A stretch of 64,000 bases of DNA from an uncultured Acidobacteriota bacterium (GTDB taxonomy: Bacteria > Acidobacteriota > Vicinamibacteria > Vicinamibacterales > 2-12-FULL-66-21). Shown piece by piece: positions 43,610 through 53,900 of this stretch (position 1 is the stretch's first letter; each line of letters opens with the position of its first letter). The notes beneath the pieces are model-generated. The model had not been told where the DNA came from. It saw nothing but the letters and a program-made list of their open reading frames with translations, and made no database searches. Made by a program: the position numbers and the translations under genes. The stretch is taken from positions 10,023-74,022 of the forward strand of contig CAVYTY010000022.1 in assembly GCA_963771395.1 (NCBI GenBank). The letters are read 5' to 3'.

Positions 43610-43891
43610 GGCGGCGGACGGTTCCAGAGGAGGCGGATGGTCACCATGCCCGCCAGGAGCAGCAGGCTGGCCCAGAGCGTCGAGATCCAGGCCGCGTCCC
43701 GGACGGCGATGTCGAGCGCCGTGGTCAGATCCACCCACGGTCCGAGCCCGAGCTGATGGATGGCCTGTCTGAACAGGTAGATCTGGGTGCTCCGCGCGAG
43801 GAGCAGGTCGTACAGGCCGTTCCAGACGACGAGCGCGACGATGAGCCAGAGGATGACGGCGATCCGTTCCCGCCGTCCGAGCGGCGGTCAT
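43597..43891 (-). CDS. Small membrane protein (two transmembrane segments), indel near start
   Basis: Reconstructed IAVILWLIVALVVWNGLYD...WASLLLLAGMVTIRLL; overlaps both neighbours. Confidence 0.55.
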
Positions 43892-45497
43892 GATCCGTAG
43901 CGCAGGACCATCGCGGTAATGTCGTCGTTCTGCGCGGCGCCCTTGGCGAACTCGCGCACGTCGAGGAACAGCGCCTCGAGGAGCTTCTGCGGCTCGAGCC
44001 CCAGGTTGGGCTGAACGACCGAGAGGATGCGGCCCTCGCCGTACTCTTCGCCTGTGGCCGACAACGCTTCGGAGACGCCGTCGCTGAAGACGATGAGCCA
44101 GTCGCCGTGGCGCCAGCGTGACGGTCTCCTCTTCGTAGTGCGCGCTTTCGAAGAGGCCGACGATCGGCCCGCCGCACTCCAGCCGCCGGAACCCGTTCTT
44201 GCCGACGATGAGCGGCGGGTTGTGCCCCGCATTGCAGTACAGCAACTGGCCGTTCGCGCGCAGCGATCCGTACATCAGCGTCACGAACCGCGACTCGATC
44301 CCGCGGCGATAGAGCGCGAGGTTGACTTTGCCGATCGTGCGCGACGGCGAATCGCTGCCTGCCGCCTGCGCCGCGAACATGCCCTGCATCATCGCGCTCA
44401 GGAGCGCCGCGGGGGGGCCCTTGCCCGCGACGTCGCCCAGCGCGAACCCGAACGACCCGTCGGAGAGATCGACGTAGTCGTAGAAGTCGCCCCCGATCGA
44501 ACGGCACGGCAGCGACGAGGCCGCGGCGCGGAAGTAGGCGCCCGACCGGCCGGCCTTGGGCAGCAGCGCCTGCTGGATCTCGGCCGCGATCCGCATCTCC
44601 TGCTCCATCCGCGCCTTCTCCATCGTTTCGCGGTAGAGGCGGGCGTTCTCGATGGCGACGGCCGCTTCGGTCGCGAGCGTTTCGAGCGCGGCACGCGTGG
44701 AGTTGGACAGGAGCGATCCCTTTTCGCGGCTGTCGAGATAGAGGACGCCGATCCGGCGCTCCTCGCCCACGGCTTCGGCGCGATCGAGGTACCTGACGAG
44801 CCTCAGCGGCACACAGAGGACGTTGCGGATGCCGAGCGCGACGGTGCCCATGTGCACGTTCGCGAGATCGCCGTCGAGCAGGTCGGCGACGATGCGGGGC
44901 TCGCCGGTGCGGAAGACCTCCTCGGGAATCTTGCGGCTCGTGGCGAAGCTGCCGCCGGGAATCGGGTTGCGTCCGCGCGAGCGCGCCATCTTGAACTCGA
45001 GCTCGTCGGTCGGCGCCGCCAGCATGATGAAGCCGCGCTCGGCCCCGCTGACCTCGATCGCCGAATCGAGCACCAGCGCCAGCACGTCGTCGAGGACGCG
45101 GCCCGACCCGAGCGCGCGCAGGCCTTCGAGGAGCGCGGCAATCTGGCGAAGGTCGCCGATGGCGGTCGTGGTGGCCTTGTCGACCGCCGGCGCGCTGTCG
45201 GCGAGCAGGAACACCATCTCGGCTCCGCCGCTGCGGCCGAGCCGGACGCGGTCTCCGTGCACCAGCGGCCGCTCGGTCACCTGTTCGCCGTTGACATAGG
45301 TGCCGTAGCGCGAGTTCTTGTCGCGGATCAGGAACTGGTTGTCCTCGCGAGTCGATCTCGGCATGATCGCGGGACACTTCACTGCCGGCAAGCCGGAGAT
45401 CGTTGGTTTCGCGCCGGCCGATTTCGAAGTGCCCTTTCGAAATCGGGACGATACGTCGGCCCAACGCGTCGGTGACTTCGAGGCGGGCATCGGACAT
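43888..45497 (-). CDS. FHA-GAF-PP2C (SpoIIE/RsbU-like) phosphatase, frameshifted
   Basis: FHA (IGRR, VSRDHA, SRYGTYVNG), GAF, then GGDFYD, GDVAGKG, NAGHNPP, SDGVSE, DDIT. Confidence 0.88.
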
Positions 45498-45533
45498 GGA
45501 ATCGGAAATTATTGCACTTTCCTGGCTCAAACC

Positions 45534-45815
45534 TCAACGGCTGCCGGAGGATTCCGAGCACCAGAACGACCAGGGCCGCGCCAATCGCGAGCCCGGCGGC
45601 CAGTTGGGGGAGTTCGGGGTCGCGGCCGTCCGCGAGACCTGTCCCATGTAGAGGGCCAGCAAAAGGAGAACGATGAGCATCCCGGCCGCCAGGAACGGGC
45701 TTCGTCGCGGCTTGACCGCGACCGCCTTCCGCACGGGATCGCTCGTCCCGGCCCCGCAACGAAAACAGACGATCGCTTTGTCGGCGATCTCGGTTCCACA
45801 CTGACGACACTGCAT
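45534..45815 (-). CDS. Zinc-ribbon membrane protein
   Basis: CRQC...CFRC followed by a hydrophobic segment. Confidence 0.6.
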   Translation of the reverse strand: MQCRQCGTEIADKAIVCFRCGAGTSDPVRKAVAVKPRRSPFLAAGMLIVLLLLALYMGQVSRTAATPNSPNWPPGSRLARPWSFWCSESSGSR

Positions 45816-46003
45816 TGCTGTAACTTTACCCTTAGACCTGTCTCACAGCCCAGCAGCCTCTCACGCGGAGTCCGCCGCGGGCGCAGAGGAACTACCTTGG
45901 ATCTGGCCGAGCGTCCTTCGGCGCGCTCTGCGGTGAGAGGCTTCTGGACGCGAAGACCAAACGACGCCGAATCCGTCATTGCCTCAGTCCGTCGACGCAC
46001 GCG

Positions 46004-46847
46004 TCAGCCGTCGCCCTCATACAGCGGCTTCGCACTGCTGCCATCAGCGATCAGCACGAGACCGAACGTGCAGACGATCGTCGCGCCGGTCGGCAGGTCG
46101 AACTGGACCGAGCGAAGGTACATGCCGAGCATCGACACGACCATGCCCATCACCCAGCCGATCGCCAGGCGCTGGGCCGATGCGCCTCGGCGTAGAGCAT
46201 GCCGCCGACCGACGGCACGATGAGGTAGCAGAAGACGAGCAGGACGCCCGCGATCGCGACCGAGCGACGTGACGACGAGTCCGAACGACGCGTAGAACAG
46301 GAAATCCCAGAAGCGCACCGAAATGCCCCTGGCGGCGTCCGCGTCCGGGTTCAGCGAGATCTCCAGGAACGGCTTCCGGAAGATGTAGTGGAACAGGCCG
46401 ATCGCGACGTAGATCGCGGCCGTCATGCCACACTTCGGGCCACTGACACGGACGAGGATGTTGCCGACGAGCATGTCCTTGAGGTGCTCGGCTCTGCGAC
46501 GTCGACTTGCTCATCGCCAGGATGACGGCCGCCGAGGCGACCGCGTACGAGATGCCGATGATGGCTTCCTGCGGGATCTGCGCCTCCTGGCCCTTGACCA
46601 TCGCAGAAGATCACGGCGCCGATGAGCGTGAATCCGAGGCTCATCCAGTAGACGGCGCGGATGCGTGCGCGTCATAGCCCTGCCAGCACCGCGATGGCGC
46701 GCCGAGCGAGGCGATCTGCGCGAGCGAGAGGTCGACGAAGATCACGCCCCGCTCGACGACATGCAGGCCGAGATAGGCGTGGATGCCCGCGATGATCAGG
46801 CTGGCGACGAACGCCGGGGCCAGGAACGAGACGATGGTCCAGTCCAC
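46004..46847 (-). CDS. Metal (Zn/Mn-type) ABC-3 permease; several frameshifts
   Basis: HAYLGLHVVERGVIFVDLSLAQ, QEAIIGISYAVA, WDFLFYASFG, DLPTGATIV. Confidence 0.8.
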
Positions 46848-46853
46848 GATCGC

Positions 46854-47786
46854 CTACTTTCCCGTTGTCTGTTTGAGCGCGGTGGACCAGCAGGTTGACA
46901 TCGTAGTCGAACAGCTGAATGTAGTCGGTCACTTCCTTGGCGCCGCCCGACCGACGGCGCCATCACGAGGACCTTGCCCTCGACCTGATCTCGGCGATCG
47001 CCTGGGGCGTTTTCAGATCGAAGTACGGCTCGACGGCGATGAGCTTGGCCCCTTGCCGCTTCATCTCGTCGATCAGTTCGAGGGTGTGCGAGGGCGACGG
47101 CGGGATGCCGGGTTTCGGTTCGACGTAGCCCATGACCTCGAGACCGAAGCGCTCCATGAAGTTCGGCCACGAACGATGGTAGGTGACGAGCTTCGTGCCC
47201 TTGTAGGGCGCCATGGCGGCGTCCCAGCGTTTCTCACCAGCGGCGAGACGCGTGTCGAAATCGGCGTAGCGCTGCGCGAAGTACGCCTTGTCGGCCGGAG
47301 CGAGCTCGCTGAACTTGGCGAGGATGGCCTGGGCGATGCGGCGCCCGTTCCCCGGCTCGAGCCAGTAGTGGGGATTGCCGAGCGGATGCACGTCGCCCAT
47401 TGCACGGGTGATTTGCCCGGTCGGCAGTTCGAGAATGCGGACGTTCAGCGAGGCGTCGAGAAACCCCGCGCCGCCCGGCTGGATCCTGGCATTGCGAGCG
47501 CTGTTCTGATGAGCGGAGGCAGCCAGCCGATCTCGAGCTCGCGGCCGACCGCGATGAGCACGTCGGCGCGGCTCAGGGCCAGGATGAAGCTCGGCTTCGC
47601 ATCGACGAAGTGCGGATCCTGGTAGCCCTTCGCGAGGGCCGTAACGGCGATCTTGTCGCCGCCGACCTCACGCGCGAGCGACGCCAGATCCTCGGTGGTG
47701 GCGACGATGGTGAGCTTGCCCTGGGCATGCGCCGCAGGTGTGAGCGCCATCAGGATGGCGATTCCGAGCCAAATCAGCTTTCTCAT
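46854..47786 (-). CDS. Metal ABC substrate-binding protein (ZnuA/TroA family), frameshifted
   Basis: QDPHF..AKPS, ELEIGWLP, GDVHPLGNPHYWL, YHRSW, EPKPGIPPSPSH. Confidence 0.88.
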
Positions 47787-47897
47787 TTATGTCAACCTCT
47801 TCAATGCTGCAGGAGCTGCCGACTGAACGCCGGAGCAAACTTCGACGGCAGCCCGGCACGTCCACAACGTCGGACAGCTGTCTCACGCCGTTGATTC

Positions 47898-48007
47898 CTG
47901 ACTTCCACTCCGACTGCGCGACTCTGACTCGCGACTCCGACTCACGACTGCCGACTCGGACTGGGGACTGTGACTGACGACGCTCGACTGTCGACTGTCG
48001 ACTGTCA
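47898..48007. repeat. GACT-core 6-7-nt period tandem repeat
   Basis: cgactgcgcgactctgactcgcgactccgactcacgactgccgactcggactggggactg...tcgactgtcgactgtcgactgtca. Confidence 0.8.
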
Positions 48008-49327
48008 AAATACATGCGCCCCATGCGCCCCTATCGAGAACAGGAACTGGAAGAGCACCTCGTTCGCCGTGACGTCCTCGGCGTACCGCGTCCTTCGGTA
48101 CTGTCCGCGGATTTGACTGAACTCGCTCGGCCAGTAGGTCAGCACCAGCGACGGTCCCTTGTCGACGAGCGACCCGTCGTGGGCGCGCTCGGACCAGTCG
48201 TAGCGGGCGCCGGCGAACCAACGGCGCGCGAACTGGTACTCGCCGCTGGCATACATACCGAAGGCGCTGACGTTGCCGTCCTCCTGACCGCGACGGCTCC
48301 AGAAGAGCTCCGTTCGCCCCTGGAACCGGCGATAGATCGCGCGGCGCAGCGGACGATAGCGGAAGGTGGCATCGACGCCGACGAGCCGCGTGGTGAAATC
48401 AGGCCCTGCGTCGTTGGTGCCGTAAGCGACAGACCCGCCGATGTCGACGTTGGTCGATTCCGTCACGTCCCGATAGCCGCGAACGCGACCGACCCAGCTC
48501 ACGTCGCTCCGTTCGTAGGATTTGAACTGGCCGGACGACCCCGCGTAGACCTCGCCGGTTGCTTCGAGGAACATGACCGAATTGGGGATCAGCTTCGCGA
48601 CCGACACGCCCGCGTCCGACAGCCCCTCATCGCTGCCGAAGAGGTTCTTGACCATGAGCGGCGCATCGACCCAGGGGAGCGCATGCGCGTGCAGCGTGTT
48701 CACCTTGCCGACCTGCTGCTTGAGCTTCCCGACCTTGGCGAGCAGGCCCCCGGGAAGCGCCGTGAGCGTCAGGAAGCCTTCTTCAATCTCGACACCCTCG
48801 GGAGAAAAGGCGAGAAAGAAATCCGCGCGCGCATAAGGATCGACAACCGCTTGAAACGTCGCTTCGGCCTCCTGAAGTGCAAGAGCCGGGATCGGATTGA
48901 CGGTGTTCTCTCCAGCCGCCCCGACGAAGTTGCCGATGACTGCCATGTCCGGGTTGAAGACTTTGGACGCCGCACTGGAGTTGCCATAGACCGGAGGCGT
49001 GCCCGTCGCTCCGCCTCCGCCCGCGGCGCCTGTCGGGACCTGCACAGTTGCTGGCGGGGCCGGCGCGGCGGCTGCCTGGCTGGGCGCGGCCGCCGCCGCC
49101 CCCATGGCCGTGAGTTTCTCCTCGAGCGCCGCGAGTCTCGCGCCATAGGCGTCGCGCACGGCCTCGAACTCCTTTCGCAGCGTGTCGAGCTCGTCGCGCA
49201 CCGCTGCCTGTTGCGCTTGCGCCGGGGGCGCCGGCACCTGCGCGGCAGCTGGAAGCGACAGTACCAGCAAGCCTCCGGCGCATGTCATGACGCGCACCGC
49301 CCTGACGATTGGAAACGTCGAAGCCAC
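48005..49327 (-). CDS. Outer-membrane beta-barrel of a metal-uptake operon
   Basis: GGAGG site with GTG start; coiled coil, FNPDMAVIG, VDPYARAD, NTLHAH, PSEFSQIR, C-terminal IGAHGAHVF. Confidence 0.75.
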   Translation of the reverse strand: MASTFPIVRAVRVMTCAGGLLVLSLPAAAQVPAPPAQAQQAAVRDELDTLRKEFEAVRDAYGARLAALEEKLTAMGAAAAAPSQAAAAPAPPATVQVPTGAAGGGGATGTPPVYGNSSAASKVFNPDMAVIGNFVGAAGENTVNPIPALALQEAEATFQAVVDPYARADFFLAFSPEGVEIEEGFLTLTALPGGLLAKVGKLKQQVGKVNTLHAHALPWVDAPLMVKNLFGSDEGLSDAGVSVAKLIPNSVMFLEATGEVYAGSSGQFKSYERSDVSWVGRVRGYRDVTESTNVDIGGSVAYGTNDAGPDFTTRLVGVDATFRYRPLRRAIYRRFQGRTELFWSRRGQEDGNVSAFGMYASGEYQFARRWFAGARYDWSERAHDGSLVDKGPSLVLTYWPSEFSQIRGQYRRTRYAEDVTANEVLFQFLFSIGAHGAHVF

Positions 49328-49422
49328 CTGTACCTCCAGGCGATAGGAAATAAGGATTCCCGTTGAAACGGCAACGAATTGGCCGGGCGCACGGCCCGGA
49401 TCGTTGGAAAGAGACGGTGCGA

Positions 49423-49710
49423 TCAGCCGATGGCTGGCGGCGATCGTCCAGAAGAGGCGCGGAGGGGAGCCGAGTGGTTCCAGGCAGCCGACAGGAGAAT
49501 GGCGCGGCCGGCATCGCGCAGGCCGATACCGTCGAGCCCAACCGCCCAGGCGGCGGTTTCGCCCGACGAGCCCACTACACACGTCGTGCAGTGGGTCGAG
49601 GACTTGAGGTGGCAGAGGACGTCATGATGCGCCAGCGGCAGGAGCGCGGCCGCCAGGACGTACGCGGCGAGCAGTGCCCTCGCGAGAACGCCGCACCTGG
49701 CCGGGTTCAT
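49423..49710 (-). CDS. DUF2946-like leader peptide (transmembrane segment, His/CxxC, RSPP)
   Basis: LLAAYVLAAALLPLAHHDVLCHLKSSTHCTTC...SSGRSPPAIG; TATACT just upstream of the ATG. Confidence 0.65.
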   Translation of the reverse strand: MNPARCGVLARALLAAYVLAAALLPLAHHDVLCHLKSSTHCTTCVVGSSGETAAWAVGLDGIGLRDAGRAILLSAAWNHSAPLRASSGRSPPAIG

Positions 49711-49732
49711 GACGCTTTCAGTATACCGGAAT

Positions 49733-49907
49733 GGGTTCAGGGGGGTTCAAGAGGTTCATGAGGTTCATGAGGTTCAGGGGAGGGTTCAGGGGGTTCGGAG
49801 TGGGGTTCAAGGGGTTCAAGGGGTTCTTTAGGTTCAAGGTTCATCTGCTGAACCTTTGAACTCTCCTGAACCCCCTGAACCCACGAACCCCTGAACCCAC
49901 CTGAACC
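49733..49907. repeat. GGTTCA/TGAACC short-period long inverted repeat
   Basis: About 9-nt GGTTCA units at 49733-49843, then TGAACC units at 49849-49907. Confidence 0.85.
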
Positions 49908-49926
49908 GTAACGTTATACTCCGACT

Positions 49927-50589
49927 ATGTTTCCGGTCAGCGACGTCATCCCCTCACGCACGACTCCGGTCGTCACCATCAGCCTGATCGCGCTGAACGC
50001 AGTCGCGTTTCTCTACGAGCTCACGTTGAGTGACGCCGGCCTGCAGTCGTTCGTGCAGAGCTACGGTGTCGTGCCGGCGCACTTTTCGTGGCCGGCCGTG
50101 GTGACGAGCATGTTCCTGCACGGCGGCTGGCTGCACATGCTGGGCAACATGCTCTACCTGTGGATCTTCGGCGACAACGTCGAGGATCGGTTCGGGCACA
50201 GCCTGTTCGTGCTGTTCTACCTCGGCTGCGGGGCCGCCGCGGCGCTCGGCCAGGTCGCGACGAGTCCCTTGTCACTCGTGCCGATGGTTGGCGCAAGCGG
50301 CGCGATCGCCGGCGTCATGGGCGCCTACTTCGTCCTCTTCCCCCACTCGCGCGTGCTGACGGCGGTGTTCATCGTGTTCTTCATGGACCTCATCGAGATT
50401 CCGGCGATCTTTTTCCTGGGCATCTGGTTCCTGATGCAGTTCTTCAGCGGCGTCGGTTCGCTCGGCTCCGATGCGGCCCTGGGCGGCGTGGCGTTCTGGG
50501 CGCACATCGTCGGGTTCGGCGTCGGAGCGGTCGCCGGGGCCGTCTGGAGAACGGTGGAAAGCAGTCGGCGGGAACGGTGGGATTACTGA
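49927..50589 (+). CDS. Rhomboid intramembrane serine protease
   Basis: SMFLHGGWLHMLGNMLYLWIFGDNVED, GASGAIAG, AFWAHIVGF. Confidence 0.92.
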   Translation: MFPVSDVIPSRTTPVVTISLIALNAVAFLYELTLSDAGLQSFVQSYGVVPAHFSWPAVVTSMFLHGGWLHMLGNMLYLWIFGDNVEDRFGHSLFVLFYLGCGAAAALGQVATSPLSLVPMVGASGAIAGVMGAYFVLFPHSRVLTAVFIVFFMDLIEIPAIFFLGIWFLMQFFSGVGSLGSDAALGGVAFWAHIVGFGVGAVAGAVWRTVESSRRERWDY

Positions 50590-50621
50590 ACGGACAGGTT
50601 CAAAGGGTTCATCGGGTGAAC

Positions 50622-51635
50622 CTACGACTTCACGCGAGCCCGAATGTCTTTGTTGACGCGGGCGAGCTCGATCATCAAGCGCTCGAACTCCTGTTGGTAC
50701 TCGGCAGGGCGCAGAAAACTCCGGCGGACCTTCAGCTCGTCGAAGTCGCTCTCGAGCGCGGCGCGCTTCTGCAGGAGCTTCAGCAGGACTTCGTCGGTCG
50801 GCTGGGCACCCGGCAGCGGCTCGTCGAGGTAGACGTGACTGGAAAGCGATCCGTCTTCGCCGTTGCCGCCCGCGTCCCGGCCCACGCCGTCGCCGTTGTC
50901 GTCGAGCAGTGCCCGCTCAGTGGCGAGCTGGCCCCGGCGCTGGTAGTGCCGCCGCACCTCGCCGGTCGCCGCGGTGAACGCTTCCCAGATCGAAATCCGA
51001 TTGTTCTTGTCGATGTCGGCGGCGTCGCTCCGGAACGCCTTGATGAAGTAGTCGGGGAACACCGTATCGAACCGTTGCGCCACCGTGTCGGTTGCGGTGA
51101 TCACGACGCGACGCTCGCCCGTCAGGCGCTCGATGAACGGAAAGCTCGCCGATGAGGTGTTGACGAACACGACGCGGCCCGGAAGCCCGGCAACGAGCTC
51201 CGCCCATTGCGACGACTCCAGATCGGCCCCGACGAGGTTGAACTTGGCGTCGACGCCGTCGTACGTCCCGTGACCGATGAGCACGACAAACAGAAGGTCG
51301 TCGCGCGTCATCGCGCGCCGCACGGCGTTGAGATACTGCCGGACGTTCGCGGCTGTGGAGGCCGAGGACGGGGCGGGCGTATCTGACAGCACCGTGAGAC
51401 GCTCCCGATCGATCTTCATCCGATCGAGGAGCACGGCGGCGAGATCCCGCGTCCAGGCGGCGTACTGTGTCGCGTACTCCGGCCCGCCGCTCGCTCCAGA
51501 TACGATGAGGGCATACCGTTCGCCGGCAACGGCCGTCAACGGCTGTGTGAGGAGCGCGGCTGCGGCGGCCGCGCAGACCCGGCCGGCCTTCCGACGAAAG
51601 CCGGAAGCCACGGTGTCAATGTTCCTGTCGCTCAC
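50622..51635 (-). CDS. Secreted hypothetical protein with caspase/legumain-like fold
   Basis: YALIVSGASG, VLIGHG, FVNTSSAS, VVITAT; C-terminal coiled coil. Confidence 0.65.
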   Translation of the reverse strand: MSDRNIDTVASGFRRKAGRVCAAAAAALLTQPLTAVAGERYALIVSGASGGPEYATQYAAWTRDLAAVLLDRMKIDRERLTVLSDTPAPSSASTAANVRQYLNAVRRAMTRDDLLFVVLIGHGTYDGVDAKFNLVGADLESSQWAELVAGLPGRVVFVNTSSASFPFIERLTGERRVVITATDTVAQRFDTVFPDYFIKAFRSDAADIDKNNRISIWEAFTAATGEVRRHYQRRGQLATERALLDDNGDGVGRDAGGNGEDGSLSSHVYLDEPLPGAQPTDEVLLKLLQKRAALESDFDELKVRRSFLRPAEYQQEFERLMIELARVNKDIRARVKS

Positions 51636-53894
51636 TTGAGCCCCCACGTCCGTCTCAACACCCATTCAGTTCCGAGCAGCATCAGTATCGCCGCAAATGA
51701 CCATCCCGTGTGCCAGAGGTCGCGGCGGACGGCCAGCGCGGCCGCCGGCACGCCAGCCTTCAGGATGTTCGCCAGGCCCGGCGCTTGATCCTCGGCCAGC
51801 ACGCGGCCGCCGGACAGAGCGGCAAGCCGCTCGAGGAACGCCTGGTTCACGCGCGGGTCGGTCATCTCGAGATCAGCCCCGCCGACAAGCACCGCCGCGC
51901 TGGCCGTTCCGACGCGTGTCGTTCCCTGTCGGACGTCCACCGAGAGCTTGACCACACCGGCGTGCTCCGCGCGTGCGTGTGCGACGTAGTGTGCGTCACT
52001 TCCCCGGGCGGTGTCTGGTCCAGCCCGGAGCGACTCGACGCGACCATCCGGCGACGTGACGAGGACATCTACGGTGACGTTCTTCAGTGGCTCGAACGCC
52101 GCAGTCCTGGCAAGCACTCGCACCGGAAGCGTATCCCCTGGCGCGGCACCCGGCTCGACGCTCACTTGTATCGGGTCGCCCGCCGGAAGCGCGAGCCAGC
52201 GCAGCGCCTGCTTCCAGAACGTGTCGTACGCGCGATCTGTTGCGGGCAGCCAGCATGCGCCACCGCCAGGACGCCTCGCCGGCGAAGACCATCGACCGGC
52301 CTTCGCCGAATCGTTGCACCGCCACCAGCGCGCGGGGCGTGCCGCCGGGTCCGTTCGTCACGGCCAGCACGCTGGCGCCCGGGCGAGGACCGCCGAGCGG
52401 CGCAATCGAGGCCAGCGCCGGCACGGCTCCCATCGCTTCCGCGTATCGTCGGCTGCCGCGGCGAGCTGCATCACGGGGTGTGCTTCGCCGGCCGGCGTGA
52501 GCGACACTCGATTCGCCCCCGCGTGCCGACCGAGGCGGGCATCGCCATCGCCGCATTGGAGTCGGCCGTCGTCGATCGTTCTGCCCGCGGCGCTGCCGCC
52601 GAGCTCGTTGAGGTCGAGGGGAAGCACGTCCTCGAGATCAGCTGCCCGCGAGTCCCTGGCGCAGGAACGACCGCGCGCCGAGCACGAGGAGGCCGCCGCC
52701 GCGCTCGCCGACGAAGCTTCGCGTCGCTTCGAGCTGGCCCTTGCGTGAACTGATGCCCTTCGACGTTGGCGAGCACCACCGCGTCGTAGCGAAACAGCGC
52801 CTCGCGGGTCGCAGGGTATCCAGCAGCGAGGCTGTCGCTCCGCGACTGCGCGGCCTGAATGTAGAAGGTATCGGCGCCTTGCTCGTTCTTGCCCTTGCGC
52901 ACGACCGAGTCGATCTCGATGCCGCGATCGGATGTCCATGCGCGCTTGAGAAAACTGTGCTCGAACCCGGGCGCACCCTCGACGAGCAGGACACGGCGGG
53001 TTCTCGAGGGGGGTTGAACGAGGGTGCTGCGCGCGTTGTTCTCCGGCACGAGCTCGCCTGCCGCGACGGGAGTCTCGACGGTGTACACCGTCGGCGCGCC
53101 GCGACCCGGCGACACGTGAAAAACCTCGCGCACGGGCGAGCCCTCCGCCGCCGGCGTCACGCGCCTCACGTCGATGGGACGGCCGTTCTCGAGCAGGCGC
53201 AGCTCGATTGGCGCGTTCCCCAGCCCATGGCTCACCGCGGACACCGCCAGGTCGACCCGCGAGTCGTCCAGGATCGCTTCAGCGGCCGTCACGCCGAGGA
53301 TCTCGCGATCCTTGCCGGCCGTGGGTGATCCGACGGCCACCGTGTAGATCGGCGGCCCACCCTCCGCCGCGCGCTCTCCTGCCCCACTCGTGTCCCCGCC
53401 GTCAGACAACAGGACGACGCCCGCCACCGCCCGGCCCCGATACCGGTCGCGAATCCCCGGCGAGCGCCCCCGCGACATCGCTTCGCCGTCGCGGCTGGCG
53501 GAAAGCTGCGCCGGCGCCACGGGCGCGATCGCGTCGCCGAAGCCGAGCACCTCGACGTGAAACTGCGATTCGAGCGCCGGCAGCAGCCGATCGACAACTA
53601 TCCGCCGCGCCGAATCGATCCGCCGGCCGCCGGCAGGTCCTCGATGCTCATGCTCCGGGACGTGTCCACGAGAATCGCCACGATGGCGTCGCGGGCGTCG
53701 GCGTCGGTGCCGCGGGCGACAGGGCGGAGCAGAAAGACGACGAGCGCGAGAAGGGTGACGAAGCGGAGCGTCACGAGGACCGTGCGCCGCGCCGGCGGCA
53801 ATGTGCGGCGGTTGTAGGCGAGCCACGCGACGAGGCCGGCGCCGACGACGATGAGGCCGAGCGCCCACCAGGGGAGAGGGTTGGCGAAGGACAC
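51632..53894 (-). CDS. Membrane protein with vWA and glutamine-amidotransferase-like domains; several frameshifts
   Basis: ILVDTSRSMS, LLSDGGD, ELVPENN, VLLVEG, GGGLLVLG, SWRWRM, EWVLRRTWGL. Confidence 0.7.
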
Positions 53895-53900
53895 GCCGGC

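Noticed and set aside
47790-47900. Possible decayed four-helix-bundle gene or riboswitch upstream of the metal-binding protein
   Set aside because: Only a faint resemblance (LLRRSVGSSCSIEE), with no start codon or recognisable riboswitch consensus; it cannot be supported by eye.
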